The notes: a model not told the origin generated them from the letters alone. Shown: positions 1 to 12,957, counted from the first letter of the whole stretch. The stretch is DNA of 63,708 nucleotides, filler included, from Craspedostauros australis (GCA_030167865.1; 12 parts of 12 records of this genome joined end to end with filler, not necessarily neighbours in it); one strand, 5' to 3'. Numbers and translations are program-made.

Positions 1-908
1 CGCTGCACAACTTGCATCGTATGCGTCTCGTGCATTGCAGCCTGTCCATCCCCCTTGCTACCACGCTGACATAACAGACAGGAGGAAGAGGAACAAGGAC
101 CATGCCTACCATCCTGGTTGACGGCCCATGGCACATCGCACTGCATCACAATACATCACATCACTCGCCGCGCAACAAGAGTTTTGTGTTCACGCCAACG
201 ATTCTGTGCGAGCACAAGGTAGAGTCACTCTCCGGAAATTCAAGAATCGCGAGCAAGGCCCAAACGATGGAAGAAAAAGGAACGTTTTGGGACGAATGAC
301 CACTGCGACTAAATTGAAACGTCAATGAGCTCTGTGGCGTCTGTGCGTTATTCACCTAATACGTAGATTTGACATGACTTTCAACCCTCTATAACTTTAA
401 AATGATTGGACGGAACAATTCTAGTTCTTGCCATATGATGTATTTGATGTAGGAGAAGAGATGCACGCAGTTTTTTTCAACACAGAAACGACGTTCCCGA
501 GAAAGGTGTACTATTTTCGCTCAGGCGGGTCTTAAGTAGTACAAGTGGTATTTTCGGCGAGCTTGCATTTGCGTCCCCACGCAAATTGGCCCAATTTGCG
601 TCCGGACGCAAGCTACGTAGAGAATGCGTCCGGACGCAAGAAAAACGTCATTATGGATATGCATTGATCAAGGTCGATCCGCACTGCCAACGGCGATCCT
701 GGACCATCAACAGGCCGTCGCCTTCTTCTCCTTCCATTGCACGGTGCATTCCTACTCGTATCTACGTCTCTCTCTCTAGAGCCCCAGGCACTGTCTGTAT
801 GCACCATACACGCGCGGCTCCCAGAACCTCCGACCCCAACCGGATGCAACTTGAGAAGTGGCCGTTCCAAGAATCCCCCTTGGAGCTGTTGCGAAACAAA
901 CGACGTGC

Positions 909-3897
909 CTACTGCTGGAGGATGGCGAGGACCTTGTTGGACTTCGACTTCTGGAAATGCGCGCGGACCAGATCCCACTCGGTCTTGGCAAAAGCCTCGT
1001 CCTCCTTAGCTAGCGGCGCCAGCAACGCATTCCAACATCTCTCACTTCGTTGTTCGACGATCGGGTTGACCGCGACAGCACGTGTCGGCTGGTCAAGACC
1101 ATCGATGGGACGGTTTGTCTTCGAGCTCACCGAAATTCCTTGGCTGAGCTGGCGGAAGATGGAGAGCCGACGCTTGTTCTCAGTGTGCGGCATCGCGGCA
1201 TCGTCGAAGAGGTCCAGCTCATTGGGCTTGGTTTTGGCAGCAGCAGCGTACGATCGAGAATGGCTGGCACGTTTCGAAGAAGCCACCCGCAGCGTCTTCT
1301 TACGGCCATGGCTGTGGGTATCAACGAAGGAGTTCCAGATGGCGCATGTGTATGCGCCCAGCACAGCGGGGCCTTCCTTGCCGTACATGCTCTGATCACT
1401 GCTTTGACCAGCTTCGTCCGGATCACCTTCGGTCCCTTCCTTGGCGTCACTCTGGCTACCATCATCGGTGACGTCCATAAGCGGGATGTACTTATCTTGC
1501 ACCGACGGGACGGGGGTATCATCGTCGACGGTTTGACGCCCGGTGTTCATCGGCCACCCCCATGCCTTCCAAGACTGTTGAAGAGAACCGAACTCCACTT
1601 CCAGTTCTTCTCTGCGCTTCTTAGCAGCTCTGATAGCCTGCGAACGGTCCTTGGCGACCGACAGCCGTTCAGCCTTGAAGGTGTCGAAGCGGTGCTGGAG
1701 GATCTTGGTGGTGAATTCGAACGCCGTCTTGTCAAGAGATCGCACCATGACGAAGTATTCGCGGTTGTCGAATATGAGCCCCTTGGTGGGGCTTCTGCGC
1801 ATATTGTCTGATCCCTTGGGGAGGCGTTTCCAACGGAAGCGTCTGGCTTGTTGCGGGCCGCAGGTTGATACCTCGGAATCCGCGATGTTGAACCACAGGC
1901 TCACGCCGCGGACTGATGGGTCGGCATCAGGCCCGAAGGCGATCTCGCGCACCAAAGTATGGTCTGAGCGTTTGGAATCGTACGATCCCATGGAGATTGG
2001 GGTTGCGGAACCGGACTTGGCGAGGTGGAACACCCGCTTCTGGAGGACCATACATGGCATGTCACCAATAACATGCTTGGGGCGGAACTTGTACATCCAT
2101 CCAGGTTCACCGCGCATTTGAAGCGCGATGGAGATCTTGTGCATTTCAGAGACCGCGTTGCGCCGGCGCTTGATGATCGCCGTGTTGCACACCATCTTGT
2201 ACAGGTCGGTCAGCGTGTCGAGGTCCATTGAGAACTGATCTCCAAATGGGTTGTTGTGAAGAGCCTCGCCGAGACGGCGCTGGTGAAGTCCATCAACGTT
2301 GATGTCGGTGCCGATGTTGTTGCCTTGGGTCTCCGTGTGAGGCAGCCACGATGGCACGCGCCCCGCAACGCGAGGATCGTGGATGCTGGTGCACCGTTTC
2401 CCAAATGGACTGGGAGCATCACGGTGGAGCAGTGGGATCCAATCGCGAGAGGTGAAGACCAAAGTCACAGCCACCAGTCAGTCAGGCAGGCACACATGTC
2501 GACGCGAGAGGGCAAGAAAGATATCAGCGACCAATGGGAAGAGCAGAAACGTGTTAGGTGTTTACGAACGCGGGGTGACGTGTCCGTGAGAGCGAGATGA
2601 ATGCCTGCTCAGCTGCCTTCCGTGCAATGCTTCGACATGGTAGATCCGAAGTACGGAGCTATTGATCGCAATGGAAGTGGGCAGAGGCTGGAGGGAAGAG
2701 GGCAAAGCGGATGCTCGCGCAGAGTACCATACTCTATGCCACGTGGGTGGTTCTGGATTGCGTTTTCCTTTGCACTTACCATGATCCGGTCGCCACCCAT
2801 GTCATGCATGGCTTGGTTCGGTAGGTTTCCACATCGATGAGCCCGGCTCTGGACAGCTCCGTCAGCTTTCTCATCTTGAGCTCTCCTTCGCCGTGAGCGT
2901 AGTTGCAGTTGTCGCCAAAGGGACATCGGTTGTTGCGGACGAAATGCACGCAGAGCTCCGTCTTGAGCTTCTGCTTGCGGGCCGCGTCATCTTGGTGTTG
3001 CTGCTGCTGGACGAAGTTGTTGACGGAAGAGCTTCCGACGCTGGCAGGAGAGAACGGTGATCCTGGAGATGTTCGGGATGCCGAATGTGGGGACGGCGAA
3101 GGTGCTGATCGCCGTGTCGATGCGGGTGAAGGCGACGAAAGGGCGTTGGGTTTCGTCTGAGGGGATCTTCGCGTCGCTTGGGAGTACGACATGCTCGGTG
3201 ACTTACCCCGCGGCTTCTGGTGCGGTTGACATTGCTTGGGCTTCTGCTTGTGATGGTACTGTCGCTGCGCAGGCATCACGGGAAGGGGTGAGCGTGCCTG
3301 AGGGCTCATCATGACAGACGCCGATGGCGACATCATATACGGTGAGAATGCCGTGCAGCCTGTGATCTCAGTCATGTCGGAGGTCCGACTCGTGGCGCTG
3401 AACTGGGATGGCGATGACGCCAGGCTGTGCTTGACGTAGGATGACGAGTACAGATGCAGACTCGAATGCGAATGCGAATGTGAGTGTGGATGGGGCAACG
3501 GCGGCGGCGTGATCATGGCATGCGGGTAGCACGGAGGCTCCGATTGGGGGCACATGAGGCCGAGGTTCTCGTCATGAGGAGTGACAGGCACGAAGGTTGC
3601 CCGCTTCTCTGCGGACGCGCTCAACATCGCTGGTGGGTGGTTGGGCATCCCGATGTTGCTGTTGTTCTCGTCGGGGATGACGATGCTGATGGGCACTCGC
3701 TTGGCTTTCGGTTTGAAGACCTTGGCGAACGCATTTGCCTTTCTTGGTGCCTTGCGAGGCAGAAAAACGGCTGCTTCTGCCGTTGAAGGTGCAAGAGGGG
3801 CAGCATGGGCTGCATTCGTGGAGCCTTCGATCTGCCCGCCTCTCTTCGCAAAGAGAGCGACGGGGCGGTGGGGCGATGATGGTTGGACGGGCATCAT
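909..3897 (-). CDS. Tristetraprolin/TIS11-like tandem CCCH zinc-finger RNA-binding protein (2 exons: 3897-2780, 2409-909)
   Basis: Finger 1 is KLKTEL-CX8CX5CX3H. Finger 2, [25 protein letters not shown], is completed only by splicing TG|GTAAGT (2779) to CCCAG|T (2410), which restores a TGT Cys. S/P/Q-rich N-terminus; RRLSIFRQLS motif near the C-terminus. Start taken as MMPVQ at 3897. Confidence 0.85.
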
Positions 3898-5947
3898 GGT
3901 CAGCAAGTGTGCTTGTGGATGCCTGTGGATGGTTGGGGTTAGGAGTGGAACGCAATGCAATGGAGCTGGAGCTTGCTGGTATGAAGTGCGCGTGCACAAA
4001 ATTTATGATCAGATACACATACCATGAAGAGAAATCAACAGCATCCTTTGCGGGTAATACACGCAGCAACCCTGCTACCACGCTGTCACAGAACACAGGT
4101 TGCGACCAATGCTGGTGCATCGCACGGTACCGTCAAGAACAGCAAGAAGGCAAGCGCGGTTCGATACGGTCCGGCAATTTGGATATGACACATGATAAAT
4201 GCGAATGCACAAACCGCCGCGAAGAAAGATGGCTCCGAACGGTCAGAGAGATGGTAGCAGCGGCACAGGAGTATGGCCTCGCCAAGTGTGAATGAGCAGG
4301 ATCCTACAGATGATGGTACTGAAGAGCAGATAAGATATGGTTCCAACTGCACGACCAGGCTGTTTTGTCGGGATCATTCTGTGCTGCCGCCATTGTGTCG
4401 GCCATGAGCGATGTGGCACCTCGAGTTCTCCTTGTCATTGGTGCTGAATGCGGGGAGGATCGCTCTTAGTGTCGCTATCGCCGTTGAAGTCGGAGGTGTT
4501 CCTTGACAGTAGGCGGATGGGTTGCCATGTCTTTCTCCGTCATGGCATTGGCGGTCGACATGATCTGTCTCCAACATCTAAGCCTCGCGACACGTGAACG
4601 CCGATGGTTGATGACCTTAGACTGATCGCAACACGCCACCAGTGACTCAGATGTCGCTCGAGTGTATGCTCCGCCTTCGTGCATGCGTACGATTGTGTGC
4701 GCATCCGTCGTGGCAAACTTGATGTGCGGCAAGATGATCCATGTTCGCTCGTTCTCGTGTTCATTCCATGCACTCTGGATCCATGTGAAAGACATACGTC
4801 GGAAGAGGCGGAGGAGAGGAAGCCATAAGTGGATTGGTTCGACAGCATCAGAAAGAACATTCATCGGCAGCTGCTCGCCGTCGCTTGTACAACTATTCGT
4901 TGGGACGCGAAAGGCAACGTTCGATCCCACCAAGAAGGGTGACTTGGGCATCGCGTTCTCTGTATGTGACTGTGTACGTACAGTGGTGCCGATTTGTTTC
5001 ACTTTTCTTGGTTGGTTGGCATGGGTCATCTGATTGATTTGTGGTCGTTTGTTTTGGGCTTCTTGGTTGGGTTGGTGTCATTTTTTGTCACGTTTGTTTC
5101 TGTTGATGGGATGACTTTGATCGATTGAGTCAAAGATACCAAAATGCACGGCCGTCGCGCAAACCAAGAATTTCAAACCACGAACGGCGTGAATGACGAT
5201 CCCGTCCAGACACGCACAATTACTGCGGTTCGAGTAGTCGTATTCCACCACACCAGCCAAGAAGTCAAGAGATGGCAACAATCGCAGTGAGGCTACAGCG
5301 TTCAGAAGGCCATGCTCAATCAGCGTCATCATTTCACTACTTTATGCATCGTGTTCCGCACGCATAATTAGATTGGGTATTGATTTGATGATGAGCAGGA
5401 ATCAGGAGGAACGGACATGTGCAACGTAGCACATGTATCCGTACAGGTGTCCGTACGTGAACCCTCGTGTAGGATGGTATGGAATGGTATGCTATTGTTG
5501 GCGGAGGCTGTGCTTTCGTTTCATTCTCTTCTTTTCTTCTCTTCTGGAGTGCATACGTATGGTACCCTGAATACTCTTGTTCGACGCTGTGAGTTGGATG
5601 AGAGATTGAAGCACTTGCACAGACTCTCGACAAAATGAAACCCAGAGGTCCAACTCTGTTCGTTGCCTTCCATCTCGAGATTGCTGGTAAGTTCACTTCA
5701 AAATTTGTTCCGCATCGACACCATGCAGGTGAACAAAGGATTGGTTGGGTACGATATCGACATCGGCATCGAAACCAGTTCTGTTTTGAGGGAGAGTTGG
5801 CGTTTGTTCAATTTCGCTGAAGAATGATGGCCTCAGTCATCTCCTGACGCTGGCGCAGTCCATGTATTTTGACTGGAAGGATGTATGTATGCGACATCCT
5901 CACGATGCTGTGTTGTGATGTGCATGCCGTTTCAAACCACTGCACTG

Positions 5948-6421
5948 TCATCTTCGCAACGTGGACAGATATTCGACAAGCTGCTTCAGCGTAGCGATGT
6001 CGGCCTCATCCTCATCCTCGTCGTCCACCATCTCCGCCAGATTGTCCTTGTGCGCCTCCAGCGCCGTCTTCCCCTCGCCGTTCTTTGCCATGAGATCTAT
6101 CTTGGCGACTTCGATGAGCAGCGTCGCCGATTGCACATTGCCTGCATAATGCAAGGCGGTGTCGCCCTCGTTGTCCGTGGCATTGACGTCAACCTGCAAA
6201 TTCAGGAGATGTTCCATCACCTTGATCTGATTGTAGGATGATGCTGCCTGCAGTAACGTGTAGCCATTCTCATCTGCGCACGTGATCGGCAGGTTCAGAC
6301 TTTGTATCGACGATTCCAACAGTGCCAAGTTGCCCTCCGAAGCTGCCATCCACGGTGTCGAAGCATCTATTGGCTCCGTGCTTTGCTGCTGCGCAAAGTT
6401 GCCCAAGCCAAATGATGCCAT
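5948..6421 (-). CDS. Small ankyrin-repeat protein (resembles yeast YCR051W-type family)
   Basis: PWMAASEGNL...DENGYTLLQAASSYN...DNEGDTALHYA...NGEGKTALE ankyrin motifs and an acidic tail; ATG at 6421. Confidence 0.85.
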   Translation of the reverse strand: MASFGLGNFAQQQSTEPIDASTPWMAASEGNLALLESSIQSLNLPITCADENGYTLLQAASSYNQIKVMEHLLNLQVDVNATDNEGDTALHYAGNVQSATLLIEVAKIDLMAKNGEGKTALEAHKDNLAEMVDDEDEDEADIATLKQLVEYLSTLRR

Positions 6422-7121
6422 CCTTGTTTTATGACGCTGGAGAGTGGGAGTGAAGTATGGTAGAGATGCGGGATGCTGTGGACAACTGTGAAACTCCACA
6501 ACTTTGTTTGGAGCCGATCAGTGTTCCAATCGCACGATAGGAGCGGCGACGATGTTGGTGGTAACGGCGATGGCGGTGATGTAGCTCACGGAGAGCAATG
6601 GTTGCAACAGTGTTGGCGGGAAGGTCATTTGATGAGTGTCGTGTCGGAGATGATGGTGGCGATGAATGGAATTTACTGAGTCGTTGGTTGGTTGCGAAGT
6701 TGGGCAAATGCAACTCGAAATTCCAAATTCCGTTCTGGTTCACGGATGAAATCATGAAACGTGACTGAATGAAGAAGAAGAAGCGAAGAAAAGGTATCAT
6801 CTCTTGATCCTGACATGGGCGAAAGCGAAGAACACAATCAAGATTGGTGTCGTCGATGACAACGACGATGGACACAGCCAAGAAGGAGAAGGGCAGCACC
6901 AACACGAACATCAACATCAACAACAGCATCAGTGCTCGTATTGGCACCAGGTCAACACAGACACGACCACATTCACACACTCCCACAAACAACGGAACAT
7001 AGTTGATGATCTGAATAGTCGTAGTGCTCTACGAAATCCAGAAACCTGCCTTGCATCTCTTCATCATCTCAACGCTTGTCGCAACGTCGACACGTCCAAC
7101 GAAACGTTCACTCAAATCAGC

Positions 7122-8272
7122 ATGGACGGGTGGAGCCTCGAAGGTCGCAAGTTCGTGGTCACTGGCGGATCCAACGGCATCGGGCTGGCGACTGTCAAGG
7201 TACGGCGAAAGCAGGGGTACTCAGATGATTCCGTCCTGGATGATGCCGGTGGTGGACCCTCTTCGTTCTTGCTGGTCAAATTGAGATGAGCATCTCGAGG
7301 TGGCGCACTGAACGCGACACAACCGAAGTACACGCTTTCAAGTAAAATATTATATTATGTTGCACAACGCATGCTCGTACTCAGTTCGTTTCGCCACTTC
7401 CTTTTCCCCATCCATAATGATCCATCCCATCCCCACTTACCAACGATCATCGATGCACAATGCACCACTATTCATATTGACATCTGGACACTCAAAATGC
7501 GTGATGCTTCACCATATATACCCGTACCTCTCAACCGGAGTCGCAGGCTCTATTGGCAAGAGGCGCCAATGGCGTGCTGTTTTGCTCCAGAAAGGCATGC
7601 GATTCCGTCTTGGCCGATCTGAAACAGAAGCACCCTGACCAATCCATCCATCATGTTGCCTGCGACATTTCAACAACGTCGGGACGAGATTCCCTCGTGA
7701 GTGCCACATCGTCAGTGTTTGGCAAGATTAACGGCCTCATCAACAACGTCGGTATCAACATACGGAAATCAGTGACGGAGCAGACAGAAGAGGAGTACAA
7801 TGCGATGATGCGGACGAATGTCGATTCCGCCTACTTCTTGTCCAAGACCATGGTGGATTTGTTTGACACGGCAGGCAAAGGCGGCGCCACGATCGTGAAC
7901 GTCTCATCTGCAGCTGGCGTGCAGTCCTCTGGCACAGGCGCTGCGTACGGGATGACGAAGGCTGCTGTCAACCAATTCACAAAGATACTGGCCTGCGAAT
8001 GGGCGTCACGCAATATCCGCGTCAATGCAGTCACTCCGTGGATGACGATGACTCCCATGCTTGAGGAGGCCGTGAAGAACAATCCCACGCAGCTCGACAA
8101 GGTGAAGGCTTGGACGCCGATGCACCGCCTCGCCTCCGCTGATGAGATTGCTGGCCCCATCGTCTTCCTTTGCCTTCCCGCCAGCAGCTACATCACAGGT
8201 CAGATCCTTGGCGTTGACGGCGGTCTCACAGCTCAGGGATTCGATGGTCCATGTGTGACGCCAGCGGTATGA
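7122..8272 (+). CDS. Tropinone-reductase-like short-chain dehydrogenase/reductase (exons 7122-7199, 7547-8272)
   Basis: WSLEGRKFVVTGGSNGIG Rossmann motif, NNVG, NVSS, catalytic YGMTK, EWASRNIRVNAVTPW, YITGQILGVDGG. In-frame intron AAG|GTACGG...CGCAG|GCT. Confidence 0.9.
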
Positions 8273-9210
8273 GCAAACATTGTAACCGTGTCTATTGGTA
8301 CAAGTTGTTGCAACGGCGCGCTCTGAATACCACACACTGTGCAAATGAAGTGGCGTGTGTTGGGTTGCTCTCTACTCGTACACTTTATTTTGCTACTCTG
8401 TGCTTCATGCAAATCGCACCTTTTGGTTGGTCGAATCGACATGAATCGGGGCATCTGGTGCAACATTCGTATAGTCGCAGCATGGTTGACTTGTTGCTGC
8501 TCGCGTGCTCCAGGTGCAACATCGCATAGGAATACTCTGGCTTGTGACATGTGGTATCCCGTAGTCGTATTTACATGCACTAGAATGGGCACGTTCCCAG
8601 GTTGGGCTGCCTTCCACAGCCCGCATTGCTGCGGCTCTCCACGATTTCCGACTACCACGTTGTACTCGCCACTTCGCTGCCTGCCAACGAGCGCAATCTA
8701 TGTTCTGCGTTGACTCTTCAGCGCGGACGCACGTCAGCTTTGGTTTCGTGGAATGAGGTTCGTGAAAGCGGAAAACAGGAGCTTCGCCATTGCTGTGGCA
8801 CTCAGAAGACGTAGCGGTTCCATTCGTGTCGCTGCTTCTGCCACTGCTTGTGTTGTCCAACCCGCATGCTCTGCGGTGGAGTCGCACCAGCGTGCAACAT
8901 GGATATCTCCAGCAGAGCGCTCGCGATGACGTTTCTTGTCACCAGCCTAACTGTATCGTCACGCCTGCCACGGACTGCCTGACACCAAGCTGATGCGCGG
9001 TTGCGGAATTGATCGCTCTGCCAGTAGATTCAATCTAGTCTGGAGGCAACCTGGATGGTGCAGTACCGTGAAGGCTGGGGTACGGTTTACCCTCCTTCGC
9101 GCAGCTTTCACTTGCGACTCCGCACAGAGCAGAGTAGTTTCGTACGGCATGCAAGTCGTACGCTGTGTTGTGGCCACTGCGGCGGTGGTCGTGGCGAAGA
9201 AGACTCACGT

Positions 9211-11206
9211 TCAAGTCGTTCGCTGCTGCTTCTTGGGACGACCCGAGCCGTTGTCTCCTGTCGGGGCGCTATGCACCAGTCTGATGCTGGCCAGAGGATC
9301 GGCCACGGTAGGATCCGAGAAGATGAGATCTGAGCAATCCACGATGCCACCGTCAAGTAGTTCCGTTTTGGAGCAGGCCTGTTCAAATATGGCAGTGAAT
9401 AGGTGACGGTTCATCTTGCGACTTGCCTCATCCGTGCCCCAAAGTATGCGAAGCGCGTTCCATGCGGGCTGAGCGTGTAACAGCAGGTATTCATTCCCGG
9501 GGTCCTGCTTGGAGGAGTAGGCCCCGAGCGTCGCAGAGCACGCGAGCCGCGATGCGACGAGCAAGACCAGATGCTTCTTCTCCAATGCTGAAATCGGACG
9601 GACAGAGTTGAACCCTCGAAGGCACGCTGAGGCAGCTGAGATCCCTCGTTGGTTCCTGCCGTAGGCTGACACCATCATGTACGCCATCGCGATCGAGAGA
9701 TCCAGGATGCGCCAACTGTGGAACATGAGCAGATCATAACCGATGGGACGTGCACGCATTTTCGTTTGTGAGGAGCGTGGACGTTGTTGAAGATGGCAGG
9801 GATGGTGGTGATGTGCGTTGTGAGATTCATTGTGTGCTGATGCCTGGTGGTGAACAGATTGGTATCAAGGCCAAGTGCAATTCGTCTCAAGTAGAACAGC
9901 TCGAAGTGAATGCAATGCACATATCATGCACATATCATGTACAACGCACAGACACAGCTGACCAACTGTGAATCGGCGCACGCGACGGATTGAATGAAAA
10001 CAAAATATGTTTGACTGCCGTCGTCATGAAAATCGCCACTGGCGCAGGGTGATCCATGATAGCGGTGACAGTCCGGGTGCTTTACTCCCGTGGCTTCGTT
10101 GTTGCTCGAGGATATGGAGATGCCAGCACGGTTTCGTACGCTATCGACAACCTCTGACATCGCTTTGGACAATCAGGCGGTCGTCGAACGGCACTAAGCC
10201 GGCAACTCTAGTTTGTCGAGCCTTCGCTTGTTCGCAAGTATGGTAATCGAGTACACTGTGTTTCGTTCAACGGCAATAGCAACAACAGCAGTGGCAATCA
10301 TGCCACAGAGAGATCATTGGTAGGTCGAGGATGAACGTACCTTCGCACAGAATCGCCAAAATCAATGACACCTGAGACCTTGCAGTCCTGACCAACGAGG
10401 ATGTTGGCATCGTTGAAGTCCCCGTGGATGAGGCCCTGCTGGAACTGCTCCGCATCCTTGGTATCGATGAGCTCCGACTGGAAGGCATCGAGCACGCTCG
10501 TCACCATGGCCTTGTCTTCTGGATCGTCAATGCAGTGTACAAACCCCCGCAGATCCCTCGTGTTCTTGTTATCCCACTGATGGTATCTCTCGGCCGCTTT
10601 CAGCTTGGAAATGTCCAGCGTATCGAGCTTGTCATGGACGTTCGCGAGATACCGCCCGGCGTCCGCCAGGGTTTCGATGGGGAGGATCTTGAGGGACCCC
10701 ATCGTGCGGCCGGGGACCCACTTGAGCAAGCGGACGACCAAGTCGCACGGGCTGTGTCCCCTGTCATGGACGGGCAAGGGATGCACGCTGGCCTCGGTGG
10801 GCAAGGCCTTCTTGGGATCTTCCTGGACTGGCTTGACGGGAGCGTTGGTGGCAATGCCGTTCGCCGACAGGTGCTTCATGATGGCGTTCTGCAGGTGTAT
10901 GACGGAGGCCTCGGACGCGGACTCGCTCACCTTGGAGATGAGGTCCTTCGACTCCACGCCGTTGTGCACCTTGACGAGGTAGTTGACGCCTGCGATCTCC
11001 ACCCAGTAGTTCTTGTCATCGTAGCTGTCCAGCTCCTTGTTGATCCTGATGCTGGCGTAGTTGTCGAGGAGGATGAAGCTCTTCTTGAGAACCCCGATGA
11101 CTTGGTCTGGCTTGGGTGCAGGTTTCAGCAGCTTCCGCATGGCTTCGTCGTTGGATGATGCATTGTTGCCATCCGCGCCGTCGCTGGCTTTGTTCGGATC
11201 CGTCAT
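9211..11206 (-). CDS. Hydroxylysine kinase-like (HYKK/AGPHD1, APH-type phosphotransferase) (exons 11206-10341, 9715-9211)
   Basis: ELDSYDDKNY N-lobe motif, VRLLKWVPG, catalytic IHGDFNDANILV, VIDFGD, C-terminal DPGNEYLLLHAQPAW. Intron AG|GTACGT...CACAG|T restores Ser in frame. Confidence 0.8.
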
Positions 11207-11260
11207 TTTGCAGTCGAAGACTTTGGATTTGCGCTGATGCTGCGTGCGGTACGGGATAAT

Positions 11261-11293
11261 ACGGTATAGTACGGTATAGTACGGTATAGTACG
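11261..11293. repeat. 10-bp tandem repeat (ACGGTATAGT)x3
   Basis: Read directly, just upstream of the kinase start codon. Confidence 0.9.
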
Positions 11294-12606
11294 ATGTATT
11301 GGTATTGATATTGGTATCGGGAGTGTGATGTGCAGTATGGTTCGAGGTGTTGTGAAGATTCGGATCGGCAGCAACAGGAATGCGGTCAGCGAAAGGATCT
11401 TTCTATTGTGTCTTGTGCGGTGTGGGTAGATCGTATAATACCAATACGAGCTATCGCGCAAATCTTGACAAACGCTCCCTTGTCTGTCTCTCGTTTCGCA
11501 GTCTCTGCTCCTGTGGCTGCCCGTGCGGTCCAAAGAAGCGCGTTCGATGGATCTGGTTGCGTAGATCTCACCTGATGCTCTCCGCGTACACTCTGAAGTA
11601 TTGTTCAACGGTAATGGCCTATCTCTTGTGTGGTGTTGCTACGACTATTCTACTCTGTGCTGTTGTTCGTCTCTTCTCAAGCGCTTTCTTTATCAAGGGA
11701 TAGCAACTGCGGCCACTGGGGAGGGGAGTCCATGCACGGAGGCTCAGTTACGTCCTAGTCGTACACACAGCACTTGTGGATGGGAGTATTAGTAGGCACG
11801 AGTACGAGTACGAGTACGAGCACATGCACCAGGAAGAGCAAGAGAAGGAGGAAACACCGACTCAGAGTGGAGCGCGGGGGGCGGAGCGGCTTCGAATGCG
11901 TTCGCCCGCCAGAGACAGACAGAGAGCGCGCTCCCCCCGTTGGTGGGAGGCGAAGGATGTCTCCCATGGTCACACGTTTGCTGCCTCGATGTGTGCGGAC
12001 ATGATTCCGCCGCTCGCGAAAATCCTGTTTCTGCCGCCACGTTCTTTGTTGCTGCCTCTGTGTGGTGGATCCGAAATCCTTCGCCTCGTTTGGCATGCAC
12101 ACCAATGCACATCGCGAAAACAAGTACACAGGACGCAACGGTAACTGAACGAACCCAACCAACGAACAAATCACTGGCCACCGTTGCAGACGTCTGCATT
12201 GATGACGTGGAGACTGAAGTCAATTGGATTTTGCACACTCTTCATTCAGACACGGTGATAGCCGCACAATTTTTGTTGCGCGTCACTTGACCAACCGGAC
12301 TGTTTCCATTCTTGGCGGGAGTTTTTCATGTCCAAATCCAAAACAGGAAAATCCTTCTGCTGAAACCGAACCAGACCGAACTGTGGTGGTGTCGAATCCG
12401 TTCTCCTTGTGGATCGACGATGGCGAAACGGCGTCTGGGCGGCTCTTCGGTTCGAAAGCCTCCGCCATGGCACTTGGGTGGTGAATGGAGTCGACACTCT
12501 TGGGAATCTTCCACATTTGCAGCTCATCAAAACAAGACAAGGCAACAAGTCCTCTCTACCAACACACTCTCTACCAATACACTCACACCACGCCCAACTC
12601 CACACC

Positions 12607-12957
12607 ATGTCGAACGAAGTCCGCGCAGCGCATCTCCTGATCAAGCACACCGGCAGCCGCAATCCGATCTCGAGAAGGACAGGACAGACGATCACGCTGT
12701 CGCCCGAGGATGCTGTCGCAGAGCTGCGCACCTACGAAGCCAGGATCCAGCAGGAAGGCGTTGCTGAGACTTTCCCCAAGTACGCCCAAGAACGGTCCGA
12801 TTGCAGCTCGTTCTCCAGGGGCGGGGACTTGGGATTCTTCGGGCCGGGCATGATGCAGGCACCCTTCGAGGAGGCCTCCTTCGCTCTGCAGCCTGGTCAG
12901 ATGTCGGGAATCGTCTCGACCGACAGCGGCTACCACCTCATCTACCGCATTCAATAG
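12607..12957 (+). CDS. PIN1: Pin1-type parvulin peptidyl-prolyl cis-trans isomerase, single domain without WW
   Basis: VRAAHLLIKHTGSRNP, SDCSS..RGGDLGFFGPGMMQAPFEEASFAL, VSTDSGYHLIYR; ATG at 12607 in CACC-ATG context. Confidence 0.92.
   Translation: MSNEVRAAHLLIKHTGSRNPISRRTGQTITLSPEDAVAELRTYEARIQQEGVAETFPKYAQERSDCSSFSRGGDLGFFGPGMMQAPFEEASFALQPGQMSGIVSTDSGYHLIYRIQ

Noticed and set aside
586..1811. Long + strand ORFs (269 aa, 253 aa) and similar antisense ORFs over other genes
   Set aside because: Shadow ORFs opposite well-supported genes, with no recognisable motifs.
4300..5900. Several 60-180-aa ORFs between the CCCH and ankyrin genes
   Set aside because: No motifs, codon bias or consistent splice structure; treated as intergenic.
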